NCBI GenBank assembly: GCA_016282375.1
Contig: JAEEKI010000016.1
Location: forward strand, 39,219-103,218
From: Bacillales bacterium
Lineage (GTDB): Bacteria; Bacillota_I; Bacilli_A; RF39; UBA660
Length of the DNA: 64,000 bases
Direction of reading: 5' to 3'
Positions 37,215 through 46,232 of this stretch are shown piece after piece. How positions within the stretch are numbered: the first letter of the stretch is position 1; every line of letters begins with the position of its first letter. The translations under genes were made by a program, and so were the position numbers. Under the pieces are notes generated by a model. That model was not told the DNA's origin, ran no database searches, and saw only the letters and a list, made by a program, of their open reading frames with translations.

Positions 37215-37925
37215 GTGATTAGTATTTTTATTCATTTTATTACTCTTTTAAAAAGTATGATGTTTTTAACAGGGAGTTATTCTAATAATGTTTTTTTAGA
37301 ACCTCTTAGTCCTCAGGAAGAAGAAAAATATGTGAAGTTAATGTTTATGGGCGATAAAGATGCACGTAATAAACTTATTGAGCATAATTTAAGACTTGTG
37401 GCGCATATTGTAAAAAAGTTTGATGTGAAAGAAAATATGACTGATGATTTAATATCGATTGGGACAATTGGCTTAATCAAAGGAATTGATACCTATAAAG
37501 ACAATAAAAAGACAAAGATTACTACCTATGCAGCCCGTTGTATTCAAAATGAGATATTAATGTATTTTCGAGCTAATAAGAAAAGTAATAATGATGTTTC
37601 TCTATCTGACTCAATTGGTTTTGATAAAGAAGGAAATGAAATAAACTTAATTGATGTCATCGAAGATACTACACCCGATTTAATTGAAACCATTACATTA
37701 AATGACAATATTGATGCTTTAAAAAAGTATTTACATCTTCTTAATAAAAGAGAACAAGAAATAATTGTCAAAAGATATGGCTTAAATAATGAAGCAGAAA
37801 AAACTCAAAAACAAATTGCGAAAGAATTTCATATTTCAAGAAGTTATGTATCTCGGATTGAAAAAAGAGCCTTAACTAAACTTTTAAAAGAATTTATTAA
37901 AAACAAAAAAACTAATATTAATTAA
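37215..37925 (+). CDS. sigK: sporulation sigma factor SigK (pro-sigma-K), uninterrupted
   Basis: ARNKLIEHNLRLVAHIVKKF, DLISIGTIGLIKGI, TYAARCIQNEILMYFR and ISRSYVSRIEKRAL are close to B. subtilis SigK. The GTG start gives a 21-aa hydrophobic pro-sequence before YSNNVF, comparable with the pro-sigma-K leader. Confidence 0.88.
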   Translation: MISIFIHFITLLKSMMFLTGSYSNNVFLEPLSPQEEEKYVKLMFMGDKDARNKLIEHNLRLVAHIVKKFDVKENMTDDLISIGTIGLIKGIDTYKDNKKTKITTYAARCIQNEILMYFRANKKSNNDVSLSDSIGFDKEGNEINLIDVIEDTTPDLIETITLNDNIDALKKYLHLLNKREQEIIVKRYGLNNEAEKTQKQIAKEFHISRSYVSRIEKRALTKLLKEFIKNKKTNIN

Positions 37926-37989
37926 ATGATTCTTTATTGAAATATATCTTATTTATATGATAAAATAAATTATAGTAAGGTGATATACA

Positions 37990-39096
37990 ATGAGTGAAAA
38001 AAATAATTATTATGATACAAAGACAGGTGAACCAATTGACTTAGAAGAATTAGAAGCATTCTTTAAACGTGGTGTAAAACCTGGAGATCATTTTGCTACA
38101 GGACTTGGGATTAGGCCAAGTGGCTATGATAATCAAAATGCTCCTGAAGCGACTGCTAAAGTTCCAAGTCAAAAACCTTTACCTGGCAATAATGACCCTA
38201 TTATTCGTGCTGTTCATCTACATTCTGAAGCTTATCGAAGAGCTATGGCTGAAGCTGCTAGACAACAAACTATGAATGAAGCGGCCTATCGAAATAATCC
38301 AGGTACTGTTAATGCACAAAGGATTTCTAATGCTATTCCTACACAAGAAGCGCCTTCGAGACCTCCAGTAAGTCATACACAACCTGCCGAAACACAAAAA
38401 AAGAAAATACCTACTAATGCTTCAAAAGAAAGATGCTATCAAGAAGCTTTAAACAACAGTTGTGCAAAGTCTGAACCTATCAAGAGAAATAAAAATAATA
38501 GAACTAAAGTAGCCAAAACGGTCGTTGCATTGGCTATTGTTATGGCTATGTCAATCGCTAGTTATAAAATAGTTGAAAAAGGCGTTACGAATATTACAGA
38601 TGATATTCATATGTCACAGGTATCTGAAGCATCTGGTCAAATTATTAATGGCCATAAAACACCAAACATTGTTTCAAAAAATACCTATCGAACTAGTGAC
38701 TATCAGAATTTCTATTTTGATAATCTAGGTATCGCTAAGGATTTATTGCAATTACCTGATCAAACTTTTCTTGCAGCGCTTACAACAGTATATATTCAAA
38801 TGGGTAATAATGCTGTTAATTCTTATATTGATAACTTTGGGCGTGTAATTCGAGAAGTTGGTTTATTAGCAGATCAAGAGCAGAATGCTTTTGCTTACGC
38901 TTATTGTCATGATACCACTGATTCAAACGATTTCCTTATCAAAAATAATTTTGTTAACGAAAATGGTGAACCATCATTTAAAAAGTTTGTTGAATTTGGT
39001 CAAAAAGAAATTAATCGTTGGTATCTATATCTAGAAGAATATGCAAGTCATCCAGAATTATATGAAGAAGAACAATCTTACGGAGGTAGAAAATGA
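37990..39096 (+). CDS. bitopic membrane protein with a ~170-aa disordered Pro/Gln/Asn-rich N-terminus, hypothetical
   Basis: Low-complexity N-terminal half, TM segment VVALAIVMAMSIASY, and a ~180-aa C-domain. No family recognised. Confidence 0.55.
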   Translation: MSEKNNYYDTKTGEPIDLEELEAFFKRGVKPGDHFATGLGIRPSGYDNQNAPEATAKVPSQKPLPGNNDPIIRAVHLHSEAYRRAMAEAARQQTMNEAAYRNNPGTVNAQRISNAIPTQEAPSRPPVSHTQPAETQKKKIPTNASKERCYQEALNNSCAKSEPIKRNKNNRTKVAKTVVALAIVMAMSIASYKIVEKGVTNITDDIHMSQVSEASGQIINGHKTPNIVSKNTYRTSDYQNFYFDNLGIAKDLLQLPDQTFLAALTTVYIQMGNNAVNSYIDNFGRVIREVGLLADQEQNAFAYAYCHDTTDSNDFLIKNNFVNENGEPSFKKFVEFGQKEINRWYLYLEEYASHPELYEEEQSYGGRK

Positions 39097-39311
39097 TTGA
39101 ATTAGAACAAATTACTTTAGAAAACGGCGTTACTTATGCTGTAGCTAAAGAAATTGACAATTATGTTTATTTAGTAAATCCTCAAAATGAATTAGACTTT
39201 TGTATAAGAAAGAATGTTGCTCGAGATGGTAACGAATACCTTGAATCATTAGATAATGAAGAAGAGTTTCAACGAGCTTTATTAATACTAAAAGAATCAG
39301 AAAAAGAATAA
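39093..39311 (+). CDS. small acidic hypothetical protein
   Basis: 72 aa, with an ATGA overlap with the upstream gene. Confidence 0.45.
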   Translation: MIELEQITLENGVTYAVAKEIDNYVYLVNPQNELDFCIRKNVARDGNEYLESLDNEEEFQRALLILKESEKE

Positions 39312-39332
39312 TCAAATGATTATTTTTTTTTA

Positions 39333-39366
39333 TAAAAAAAACAATCCATATGGATTGTAATTTTTA
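39333..39366. terminator. bidirectional intrinsic terminator
   Basis: ACAATCCATATGGATTGT palindrome flanked by an A-run and a T-run, between convergent genes. Confidence 0.6.
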
Positions 39367-39609
39367 AAATGAATCAATATTGATTTTTACTTTAGGCATA
39401 TTATTTAAAAAGGCATATGCTTGAACTAAAGTACGAATTGATGTAGCAATTTTACCACCCTTGCCAATTACTGCACCATAATCATCACTATGAACAATGA
39501 TTTCAATAATCGGAGATTCTTCATCACTTTCAAACATTTCGACTTTAACCATGTCTGGATTTTTGACAATACTTTTTACAATGAATTCAGTATATCCTTT
39601 AATATCCAT
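39364..39609 (-). CDS. khpA: KH-domain RNA-binding protein (YlqC/KhpA)
   Basis: 81 aa with the GAVIGKGGKIATSIRTL GXXG KH motif, directly downstream of rpsP as in other Bacillota. Confidence 0.85.
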   Translation of the reverse strand: MDIKGYTEFIVKSIVKNPDMVKVEMFESDEESPIIEIIVHSDDYGAVIGKGGKIATSIRTLVQAYAFLNNMPKVKINIDSF

Positions 39610-39611
39610 AA

Positions 39612-39896
39612 CTACGCCTTCTTACTTGCTTTAGTCTTGCTATCAGCAAATTTTTTCATAATACCTTGTGTACTTAAAATATTACGAACAGTATCAGTTG
39701 GTTCAGCACCATTAGCTAACCATTTTAAAGCCTTTTCTTCATCAATAGTTACTACTTCACTACCCTTTACTGGATTATAAGTACCAACTAGTTCAATAAA
39801 TTTGCCATCTCTTGGACTTCTGGAATCAGCAGCAACAATCCGATAATAAGGTTTTTGTCTGCCACCCATTCTTTTTAATCTTAATTTAACTGCCAT
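39612..39896 (-). CDS. rpsP: 30S ribosomal protein S16
   Basis: [35 protein letters not shown] is the canonical S16 N-terminus. Confidence 0.97.
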   Translation of the reverse strand: MAVKLRLKRMGGRQKPYYRIVAADSRSPRDGKFIELVGTYNPVKGSEVVTIDEEKALKWLANGAEPTDTVRNILSTQGIMKKFADSKTKASKKA

Positions 39897-39924
39897 AACT
39901 CTTCCTCCTTTAATTTGTACAATA

Positions 39925-39953
39925 AATATAACATATTAGCATTTTACTGTCAA
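39925..39953 (-). promoter_or_regulatory. sigma-A type promoter of rpsP
   Basis: On the minus strand: TTGACA (39948-39953), 17 nt, then TATATT (39925-39930). Confidence 0.5.
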
Positions 39954-39956
39954 CCA

Positions 39957-40508
39957 TTATTTGTTGACTATACTATCATTAATAAAATCATCATTTAAAT
40001 CATCAATATTAATGTCTAATTCTTTTTCTTGTTCATTATCAAAGATTTCTTCATATTCATCATAATCATCCTCGACTGCTATTTTAACTGTTGTATTACC
40101 AATAACCTCCACGCCTAGTTCTTTTTCGACTTTAAGATTAACATGACCATTATTAATTTTAACATCCGTAACAGTTGGTTGTTTTAAACACTCAACAATA
40201 ATTTCACATTTATCATCTAGTTGATTATTATTTTTTAAATTAACCTTCATTGTATCTGTATAATCAAATTTTCGTGTAACAACCGATGTTTTAGTATCAT
40301 TATCATAAGAATACCAAACATTTATATCAAAAGAACCATTTAAATTAACCTTGTTAGCCTTAATACCTCCGTTGAAAGTATGATTAATAACCCAACATCC
40401 TAAGATAGTATTTGGTTTTTCATCACATTCAATCTCATATGTTGAATTACTTGTTTTTTTACATTTACCAATAATGGCTTTGGTTACGATTTCCCGATAA
40501 CTAGTCAA
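39957..40508 (-). CDS. cotE: outer spore coat morphogenetic protein CotE
   Basis: YREIVTKAIIGK..., ILGCWVINH and DINVWYSYDNDTKT, together with the acidic C-terminal tail, parallel B. subtilis CotE (181 aa; 183 aa here). Confidence 0.85.
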   Translation of the reverse strand: MTSYREIVTKAIIGKCKKTSNSTYEIECDEKPNTILGCWVINHTFNGGIKANKVNLNGSFDINVWYSYDNDTKTSVVTRKFDYTDTMKVNLKNNNQLDDKCEIIVECLKQPTVTDVKINNGHVNLKVEKELGVEVIGNTTVKIAVEDDYDEYEEIFDNEQEKELDINIDDLNDDFINDSIVNK

Positions 40509-40656
40509 TATATCACCTTCCTAATTTAATGTATGCAAATATGACTTAAAAAGTGTACAAATGCCCCTTTTTTATAGAAGTGATTCATTAATAAAAAGAC
40601 TAGTTTTAGATTCTTTTTTATGATAGAATTATTATATAGTAAAGGGTGACGTGTTA

Positions 40657-42408
40657 ATGCTAGGTAAAATTGAAAAGATTAGTGAAAACTGTATCTATAT
40701 TTCTCTAAATGTTGCTGCCGATAACATCCAAAGTTTAATGAATTTATACGTTTTAATGCAAGACAATGTCAGTAGTTATATCGGAGAAATAGTCGATGTA
40801 AGTCGTGAAAGTGCTATTATTAATCTTATCGGAGAATATAAAAATAATGAATTAATTTACGGTTTTATGAAAAAACCAGCATTCAATGCCAAAGTTGATT
40901 TAATTGCGCCGAATTTTATTTCTAATTTAATTGGTAATTTTTCTGATTTCAGAAATTCCTTATATATCGGTATGTCCCCTTTTTATGAAAATGTTAAGAT
41001 TCATGCCAACATTAATGCTCTTTTCGGATCACATATGGCTATTTTTGGTGTTACTGGTTCTGGTAAATCATGTGGTTTTGCTAGTATTATGCAAAGTCTT
41101 ATTAAAAAGAATAATCTTACTTCTAATATGAATATTGTTATTTTTGATGCCTACGGTGAATATCATGATGCTTTTAATATTACTGATACAACTGGTCGTT
41201 ATGCTTTTAAAGCCTTAACATCAAGTGATAATGGTCAAGATGAAAAATTATGTATTCCACCTTGGTTACTTGATATCGATGATTATGCCCTTTTATTAGA
41301 GGTAACTGATAAACATCAATTAACCATTATTGAAAAGGCTTTAAGAAACGTTAATCTTTTTAAGAGTCCTAACAATGAAGTTGTTAAATATAAGAATAGT
41401 ATTATTGCCAATGCTATATTGGATATTTTGTTAAGTGGTAGACCAGCTCCCCAAATAAGAGACCAAATTATATCTGCCCTATCTAAATTCTATACTGATG
41501 ATTTAAATCTTGAGAGTATTATTCCTCAACCGGGATATAATCGAACAATTAGACAATGTTTATTAATTGATGATAATAATAAAATTAATGCCATTGAAGT
41601 AGTAGCAGAATTTCTTCAACAATTTGTAGCTGATGATATGATAAGCACCCTACCAGATGGTTCTTATGAATACTCCTTAAAAGACTTTGCTGATGCTTTA
41701 GAGTTTGCTCTAATAAGCGAAGGTATTTGGAAAAGTGAAAAGATATTTGATAAAGCTAATATCTTAAAAGTACGTATTGATGCTTTATTAAATAGTGAAA
41801 ATAGTTTATTATTTACCTATCCTAAGATGGTTACCAAAGAAGAATATATTAAGGCTCTTTTTACTACTAAACTTGGTCAAAAAGCGCAAATTGTTAATAT
41901 AAGCATTGATTCACTTGATGATCGTTTTGCTAAGATACTTGTTAAAATATATTCTAAATTATTATTCAATTATGCTAAGAGTTTAAATCAAAGAGCTTCT
42001 GTTCCATTCAATATTATTTTAGAGGAAGCCCATCGTTATGTTCAAAACGATAGTGATGTTGAAATACTTGGTTATAATATTTTTGAAAGAATATCTAAAG
42101 AAGGTAGAAAATATGGTGTATTGTTGGGATTAATCTCACAAAGACCGAATGAATTATCTTCGACATGTTTAAGTCAATGTAATAATTTCTTATTATTTAA
42201 GATGACTCACCCTGTTGATGTTGAATATCTTTCTAAAGTTATTCCGAACATTACTAGTCAAATTATTAATCAAATGAAAACCGTTCCACCAGGACATGCT
42301 ATTGCCTTTGGAAATGCGTTCAAAATACCCGTCTTAGTGCACATGGATATCCCTAATCCACTACCTAATAGTACAAACACCAAAATTGATAATATCTGGT
42401 TTGAGTAA
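40657..42408 (+). CDS. HerA/DUF87-like P-loop ATPase
   Basis: N-terminal barrel-like segment, Walker A IFGVTGSGKS, Walker B NIILEEAHRYV, and LISQRPNELS. The start is set at ATG 40657, after AAGGGTGA. Confidence 0.75.
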   Translation: MLGKIEKISENCIYISLNVAADNIQSLMNLYVLMQDNVSSYIGEIVDVSRESAIINLIGEYKNNELIYGFMKKPAFNAKVDLIAPNFISNLIGNFSDFRNSLYIGMSPFYENVKIHANINALFGSHMAIFGVTGSGKSCGFASIMQSLIKKNNLTSNMNIVIFDAYGEYHDAFNITDTTGRYAFKALTSSDNGQDEKLCIPPWLLDIDDYALLLEVTDKHQLTIIEKALRNVNLFKSPNNEVVKYKNSIIANAILDILLSGRPAPQIRDQIISALSKFYTDDLNLESIIPQPGYNRTIRQCLLIDDNNKINAIEVVAEFLQQFVADDMISTLPDGSYEYSLKDFADALEFALISEGIWKSEKIFDKANILKVRIDALLNSENSLLFTYPKMVTKEEYIKALFTTKLGQKAQIVNISIDSLDDRFAKILVKIYSKLLFNYAKSLNQRASVPFNIILEEAHRYVQNDSDVEILGYNIFERISKEGRKYGVLLGLISQRPNELSSTCLSQCNNFLLFKMTHPVDVEYLSKVIPNITSQIINQMKTVPPGHAIAFGNAFKIPVLVHMDIPNPLPNSTNTKIDNIWFE

Positions 42409-42451
42409 TGATAATTAATCTGCTATAATATTGTTTATAGAGGTGGTAATT

Positions 42452-42820
42452 ATGGATTGTATTTTTTGTGAAATTGCCAAGAAGAATATTCCTGGCAGTT
42501 TTATTTATGAGGATGATTTAGTGATGGCCATTATGGATATTCATCCCCTTTGTGATGGTCATGTCATGATTATTCCGAAAGAACATTTTGAAACGATATT
42601 TGATGCACCAAAAGATGTTATTGCACATATGTACGATGTAGCTCATAAGTTAGTACCGGCGATTATGGATGCCACGAATGAAGATGGTATGACTTTATCA
42701 ATTAATTATGGATCAAAGCAAGAAATAAAACATCTTCATTTACACTTATTACCTGATTTTACAAAACCTGCTACGAAAACCATTGAAGAAGTACATAAAA
42801 ATATAATGGAGAAATTATAA
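42452..42820 (+). CDS. HIT-family nucleotide hydrolase
   Basis: CIFCEI...PGSFIYEDD, DGHVMIIPKEH and the histidine triad HLHLHLLP. The start is set at ATG 42452, after AGAGGTGG. Confidence 0.88.
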   Translation: MDCIFCEIAKKNIPGSFIYEDDLVMAIMDIHPLCDGHVMIIPKEHFETIFDAPKDVIAHMYDVAHKLVPAIMDATNEDGMTLSINYGSKQEIKHLHLHLLPDFTKPATKTIEEVHKNIMEKL

Positions 42821-44070
42821 TGGCTAAACGATTTAAAAAATCTGTTCGATTGTCTTTTGGATTCATTGTTTTTCTAATCGTCATAGGATTTGCCCTATTT
42901 AGTATCTTCGGTGATAAGAAAACTGAATTTAATGTTAAAAATAAAATAGCAGGTATCACTAAACCGAAGGAAGTTTGGCCAAAAGTATCCAAAATATCTT
43001 TACTAGCTACTGGTGATGGTTTATTACATAATGCTGTTTATTATGATGCTTATGATAAAGAAACTAAGACTTTTGACTTTTCGCCTCAGTTAACCATGAT
43101 TAAAGATATAACAGAAAAATATGATATTGTTTATTATAATCAAGAAACAACTTTTGGGGGAGCTAGAACAGAAAGATTTAATGGTAATCCTGATCAGATA
43201 CCTGGTTATGACTCCTACCCTTATTTCAATAGTCCTAGTGAATTTGGTGATGCCATGGTTGATGTAGGATTTAATATGGTATCTCTTGCTTCTAACCATA
43301 GTGCCGATTGTACTTGGGCTATTAAAGATTGTATTGTTAACTCTTATAAATATTGGCAAAGTAAAGATGTAATCTTTGACGGATTTAATATTAGTGAAGA
43401 TGAAACCAACAATTATATTATTAAAGAAAAAAATGGAATTAAATATACGATGTTAAATTATACAACATCCCTTAATGGTTTAAATGGTTATCTTAAAAAT
43501 GATCCTTACTTAATCGATGTTTATGATGAAGAAAAAGTTAAAGCTGACATCGAAGAAGTTCGTGATAAAGTTGATGTTTTAATTGTAGCAATGCACTGGC
43601 ATACTGGCCCCGAATATTCATTTAAAGTAACCGCAGAAAACAAAGAAATTGCTGAGTATCTTTCTTCTTTAGGTGTAGATATTATTTTAGGAACTTATTC
43701 CCATTGCCTTCAACCATTCGACATTATTAATGATGGTAAAACGGTAGTATTCTACTCTCTTGGTAATTTTATTTCTAATCAAGGTGATTTAATATCATCG
43801 ATTGGTTATAAAGGAATTGTCGGCGTTCTTGCTTCGATGGATATTACCAAGACGGAAGAAAAAGATGGTACAGTTAAGATTACAATTGATAATCTTGGTG
43901 CTGATTTAACCTACACCTATAATAAAAATCACAAAGGATACTTAGTTATTCCTTTTAGTAAAATGAGCGCTGAATATAATGCTAATTATAAAGAAATATA
44001 TGAAGACTATAAAGCCGTTTTAACCGAGTATAATCAAAATATCACTATTGCGGAACTTAGTAATAACTAA
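42820..44070 (+). CDS. CapA-family metallophosphoesterase-like protein, membrane-anchored
   Basis: N-terminal TM segment; LLATGDGLLH, VSLASNHSAD and VAMHWH resemble the CapA/PGA_cap family. ATAATG overlap with the HIT gene. Confidence 0.7.
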   Translation: MAKRFKKSVRLSFGFIVFLIVIGFALFSIFGDKKTEFNVKNKIAGITKPKEVWPKVSKISLLATGDGLLHNAVYYDAYDKETKTFDFSPQLTMIKDITEKYDIVYYNQETTFGGARTERFNGNPDQIPGYDSYPYFNSPSEFGDAMVDVGFNMVSLASNHSADCTWAIKDCIVNSYKYWQSKDVIFDGFNISEDETNNYIIKEKNGIKYTMLNYTTSLNGLNGYLKNDPYLIDVYDEEKVKADIEEVRDKVDVLIVAMHWHTGPEYSFKVTAENKEIAEYLSSLGVDIILGTYSHCLQPFDIINDGKTVVFYSLGNFISNQGDLISSIGYKGIVGVLASMDITKTEEKDGTVKITIDNLGADLTYTYNKNHKGYLVIPFSKMSAEYNANYKEIYEDYKAVLTEYNQNITIAELSNN

Positions 44071-44095
44071 AAAAGAAAGAGCAATCTTTCTTTTT

Positions 44096-44224
44096 TTAAT
44101 AGTATCTAGTTCCCCCTAGAACAATAGCCAATAAAATAAAAATTATTAATACAATAAAACCATAATTATTATTAATATTGGTTATTGGTTCAGAAGAGTT
44201 ATTTTTTTTGCAATTACAACTCAT
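44096..44224 (-). CDS. 42-aa YjcZ-like sporulation membrane micro-protein (tentative)
   Basis: Below the ORF-track cut-off. AGGAGA Shine-Dalgarno upstream. The product is MSCNCKKNNSSEPITNINNNYGFIVLIIFILLAIVLGGTRYY, a Gly-aromatic motif followed by a Leu/Ile/Val-rich TM segment, as in YjcZ-family peptides. Confidence 0.45.
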   Translation of the reverse strand: MSCNCKKNNSSEPITNINNNYGFIVLIIFILLAIVLGGTRYY

Positions 44225-44234
44225 AATTATTCTC

Positions 44235-44321
44235 CTAAATATAGGCTCCGACGATAATTATAAGTAGAATGAATAATACTAAGACAATGGCTGCTCCTAA
44301 ACCGTTTGAACAATTATTCAT
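44235..44321 (-). CDS. 28-aa YjcZ-like sporulation membrane micro-protein (tentative)
   Basis: Below the ORF-track cut-off. AGGAGG Shine-Dalgarno upstream. The product is MNNCSNGLGAAIVLVLFILLIIIVGAYI, in tandem with 44096-44224. Confidence 0.45.
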   Translation of the reverse strand: MNNCSNGLGAAIVLVLFILLIIIVGAYI

Positions 44322-44441
44322 AATTTTAATTCCTCCTTTTTGTCTTTTCATAATATTAAATGCTAAAACTTGATATTTGTTCTTGTTTTAATTGTTTTTT
44401 AAGTTTTTCGCTGCTATAATTATTGTTATGGAGGATTTAAC

Positions 44442-45455
44442 ATGAAGAAAAAAATATGTAGTTTATTACTAGTAATGATGCTTGCCACTGGTTGTGGTAA
44501 AATACCTAAACTTGAAAACGGAAAGGATGCTGTTGTGACATTTACCAATGGCGATAAAATAAGTGTTGATGACTTATACGAAGATATCAAAAATACCTAT
44601 GGCTTATCTAGTTTAGTGGTAATGATAGATTCTTATGTTTTAGAAAAGAATTTTGCTGATTATATTGACACTGCAAAAGAATATGCCAAGAGTTATATTG
44701 ATGCTGTTAGAGAGAATTTTGAAACTGAAGAAGAATTTGTAACAGCTCTAAGTGAAAGACTTGGTATTCAATCTGCTGAAATGTATGAAAAACAAGTTTA
44801 TCTAAGTTATATGCAAACCCATGCTGCTGAAGAATATGCTAAATTACAAATTTCTGATAAAGAAGTAGAAAATTACTATAATAACAATGTTGTTGGAGAT
44901 ATTGAAATTAGTCATATCTTAATTACCCCAGAGGTTACTGATGACATGAGTGATGAAGAAAAAACTGAAGCTGAAAATACAGCCAAAGCCGAAGCACAAG
45001 AAATCATTGATACTTTAAAGAATACTGCTAAAGATAGTCTTGAAGATGTTTTCGAAGAATTAGCCAAAGAACATTCTGATGATAATGCTACAAAGTCTAA
45101 AGGTGGTTCTTTAGGAAAAATTAATAAGAATACTTTAAGTAGTAAATATGATGAACTTGTTAATGCTGCCTATAATTTAAATGATGGCAACTTCTCTACT
45201 AGTGTTATTACGACTGAGCTTGGTTATCATATTATTTTAAAAACTAAATCATATGAAAAAGCATCACTTGAGGATTCTAAAGAAAGTATTCTTGAAACTC
45301 TAGGTCAAGAATATATGGATTCCGATTCATCAATTACTGTTAAAGCATTGCAACATTACCGTAAAGAACTTGGTATGGAAATTCAAGACAGTGAATTACA
45401 AAAACAATATTCTAACTATATTCAAAATCAATTAGCTAGTTCATTAACTGAATAA
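44442..45455 (+). CDS. prsA: foldase lipoprotein PrsA (parvulin-type PPIase)
   Basis: Lipobox LATGCG, and a parvulin domain with ISHILI, GGSLGKI and LGYHIILK. TGCTATAAT extended -10 upstream. Confidence 0.88.
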   Translation: MKKKICSLLLVMMLATGCGKIPKLENGKDAVVTFTNGDKISVDDLYEDIKNTYGLSSLVVMIDSYVLEKNFADYIDTAKEYAKSYIDAVRENFETEEEFVTALSERLGIQSAEMYEKQVYLSYMQTHAAEEYAKLQISDKEVENYYNNNVVGDIEISHILITPEVTDDMSDEEKTEAENTAKAEAQEIIDTLKNTAKDSLEDVFEELAKEHSDDNATKSKGGSLGKINKNTLSSKYDELVNAAYNLNDGNFSTSVITTELGYHIILKTKSYEKASLEDSKESILETLGQEYMDSDSSITVKALQHYRKELGMEIQDSELQKQYSNYIQNQLASSLTE

Positions 45456-45485
45456 TAAAAAAAGTTATCAATTACGATAACTTTT

Positions 45486-46232
45486 TTATATGTCATTAAC
45501 TTCGTATCCTAGTGAATATAACTTCTTTTTAACCATTAATTCAAGCTTATCACCACTATACTTTTTGGATAACTTATTCTTATACTTTATATAATCTTTT
45601 TGACGATTATCTTGATCTGATATATCAAGATTATTTAATTCATCTATGTAATATTTTTCTGGATAACCAAGATTATTTAATTCGGTTCTTATCTTCTGAA
45701 TTAAGCCTTTTCTAGATGAATGCTGATTAGTTTTTAATTTTTTATTAATAATGCTCTTTACTCGTGCATACCAAATGGTATCCTCGATTATATTTAAATG
45801 ACTTTCAATATCATTCTCATTTAAACCTAATTTAGATAGATTATATCTGATTTTAAAAGGACCATTGAGAGTAAGATTAATTTGATCATTAATATAACTA
45901 TCCAAGTAGTTATTTTCATTCAGTAATCCCTTTTCATATAACTTATCAATAATCTTATCAATATCCCTCTTATTAACAACAATCGTTTTAAGTTTATCTC
46001 TTACTTCTTTTGCAGTCCTTTTTTTATAATTAATATATGAAACTATTTTATGATAAGCCATGTAATAATTATTATCATTAATAATTTTCATATATGTAGT
46101 AGTATCTATTTCTGTAGGTCTAAAAATACCACAATCTAAAAGCACATCACCATAAATGATATGCTTTTCATTATCAATTAATAATTCATATTTATTATTA
46201 CTCTTTTGTTTAATCGAAGTAATTTTTTTCAT
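45486..46232 (-). CDS. recX: recombination regulator RecX
   Basis: 248 aa with a repeated three-helix RecX-like pattern (AKEVRDKL...IDKIIDKLYEKGLLNENNYLDSYI). The identification is moderate. Confidence 0.6.
   Translation of the reverse strand: MKKITSIKQKSNNKYELLIDNEKHIIYGDVLLDCGIFRPTEIDTTTYMKIINDNNYYMAYHKIVSYINYKKRTAKEVRDKLKTIVVNKRDIDKIIDKLYEKGLLNENNYLDSYINDQINLTLNGPFKIRYNLSKLGLNENDIESHLNIIEDTIWYARVKSIINKKLKTNQHSSRKGLIQKIRTELNNLGYPEKYYIDELNNLDISDQDNRQKDYIKYKNKLSKKYSGDKLELMVKKKLYSLGYEVNDI

Noticed and set aside
37215-37925. Checked sigK for a skin-like intervening element or split gene
   Set aside because: The reading frame is continuous across regions 2-4 of the sigma factor, and no recombinase is nearby. 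The gene is intact.
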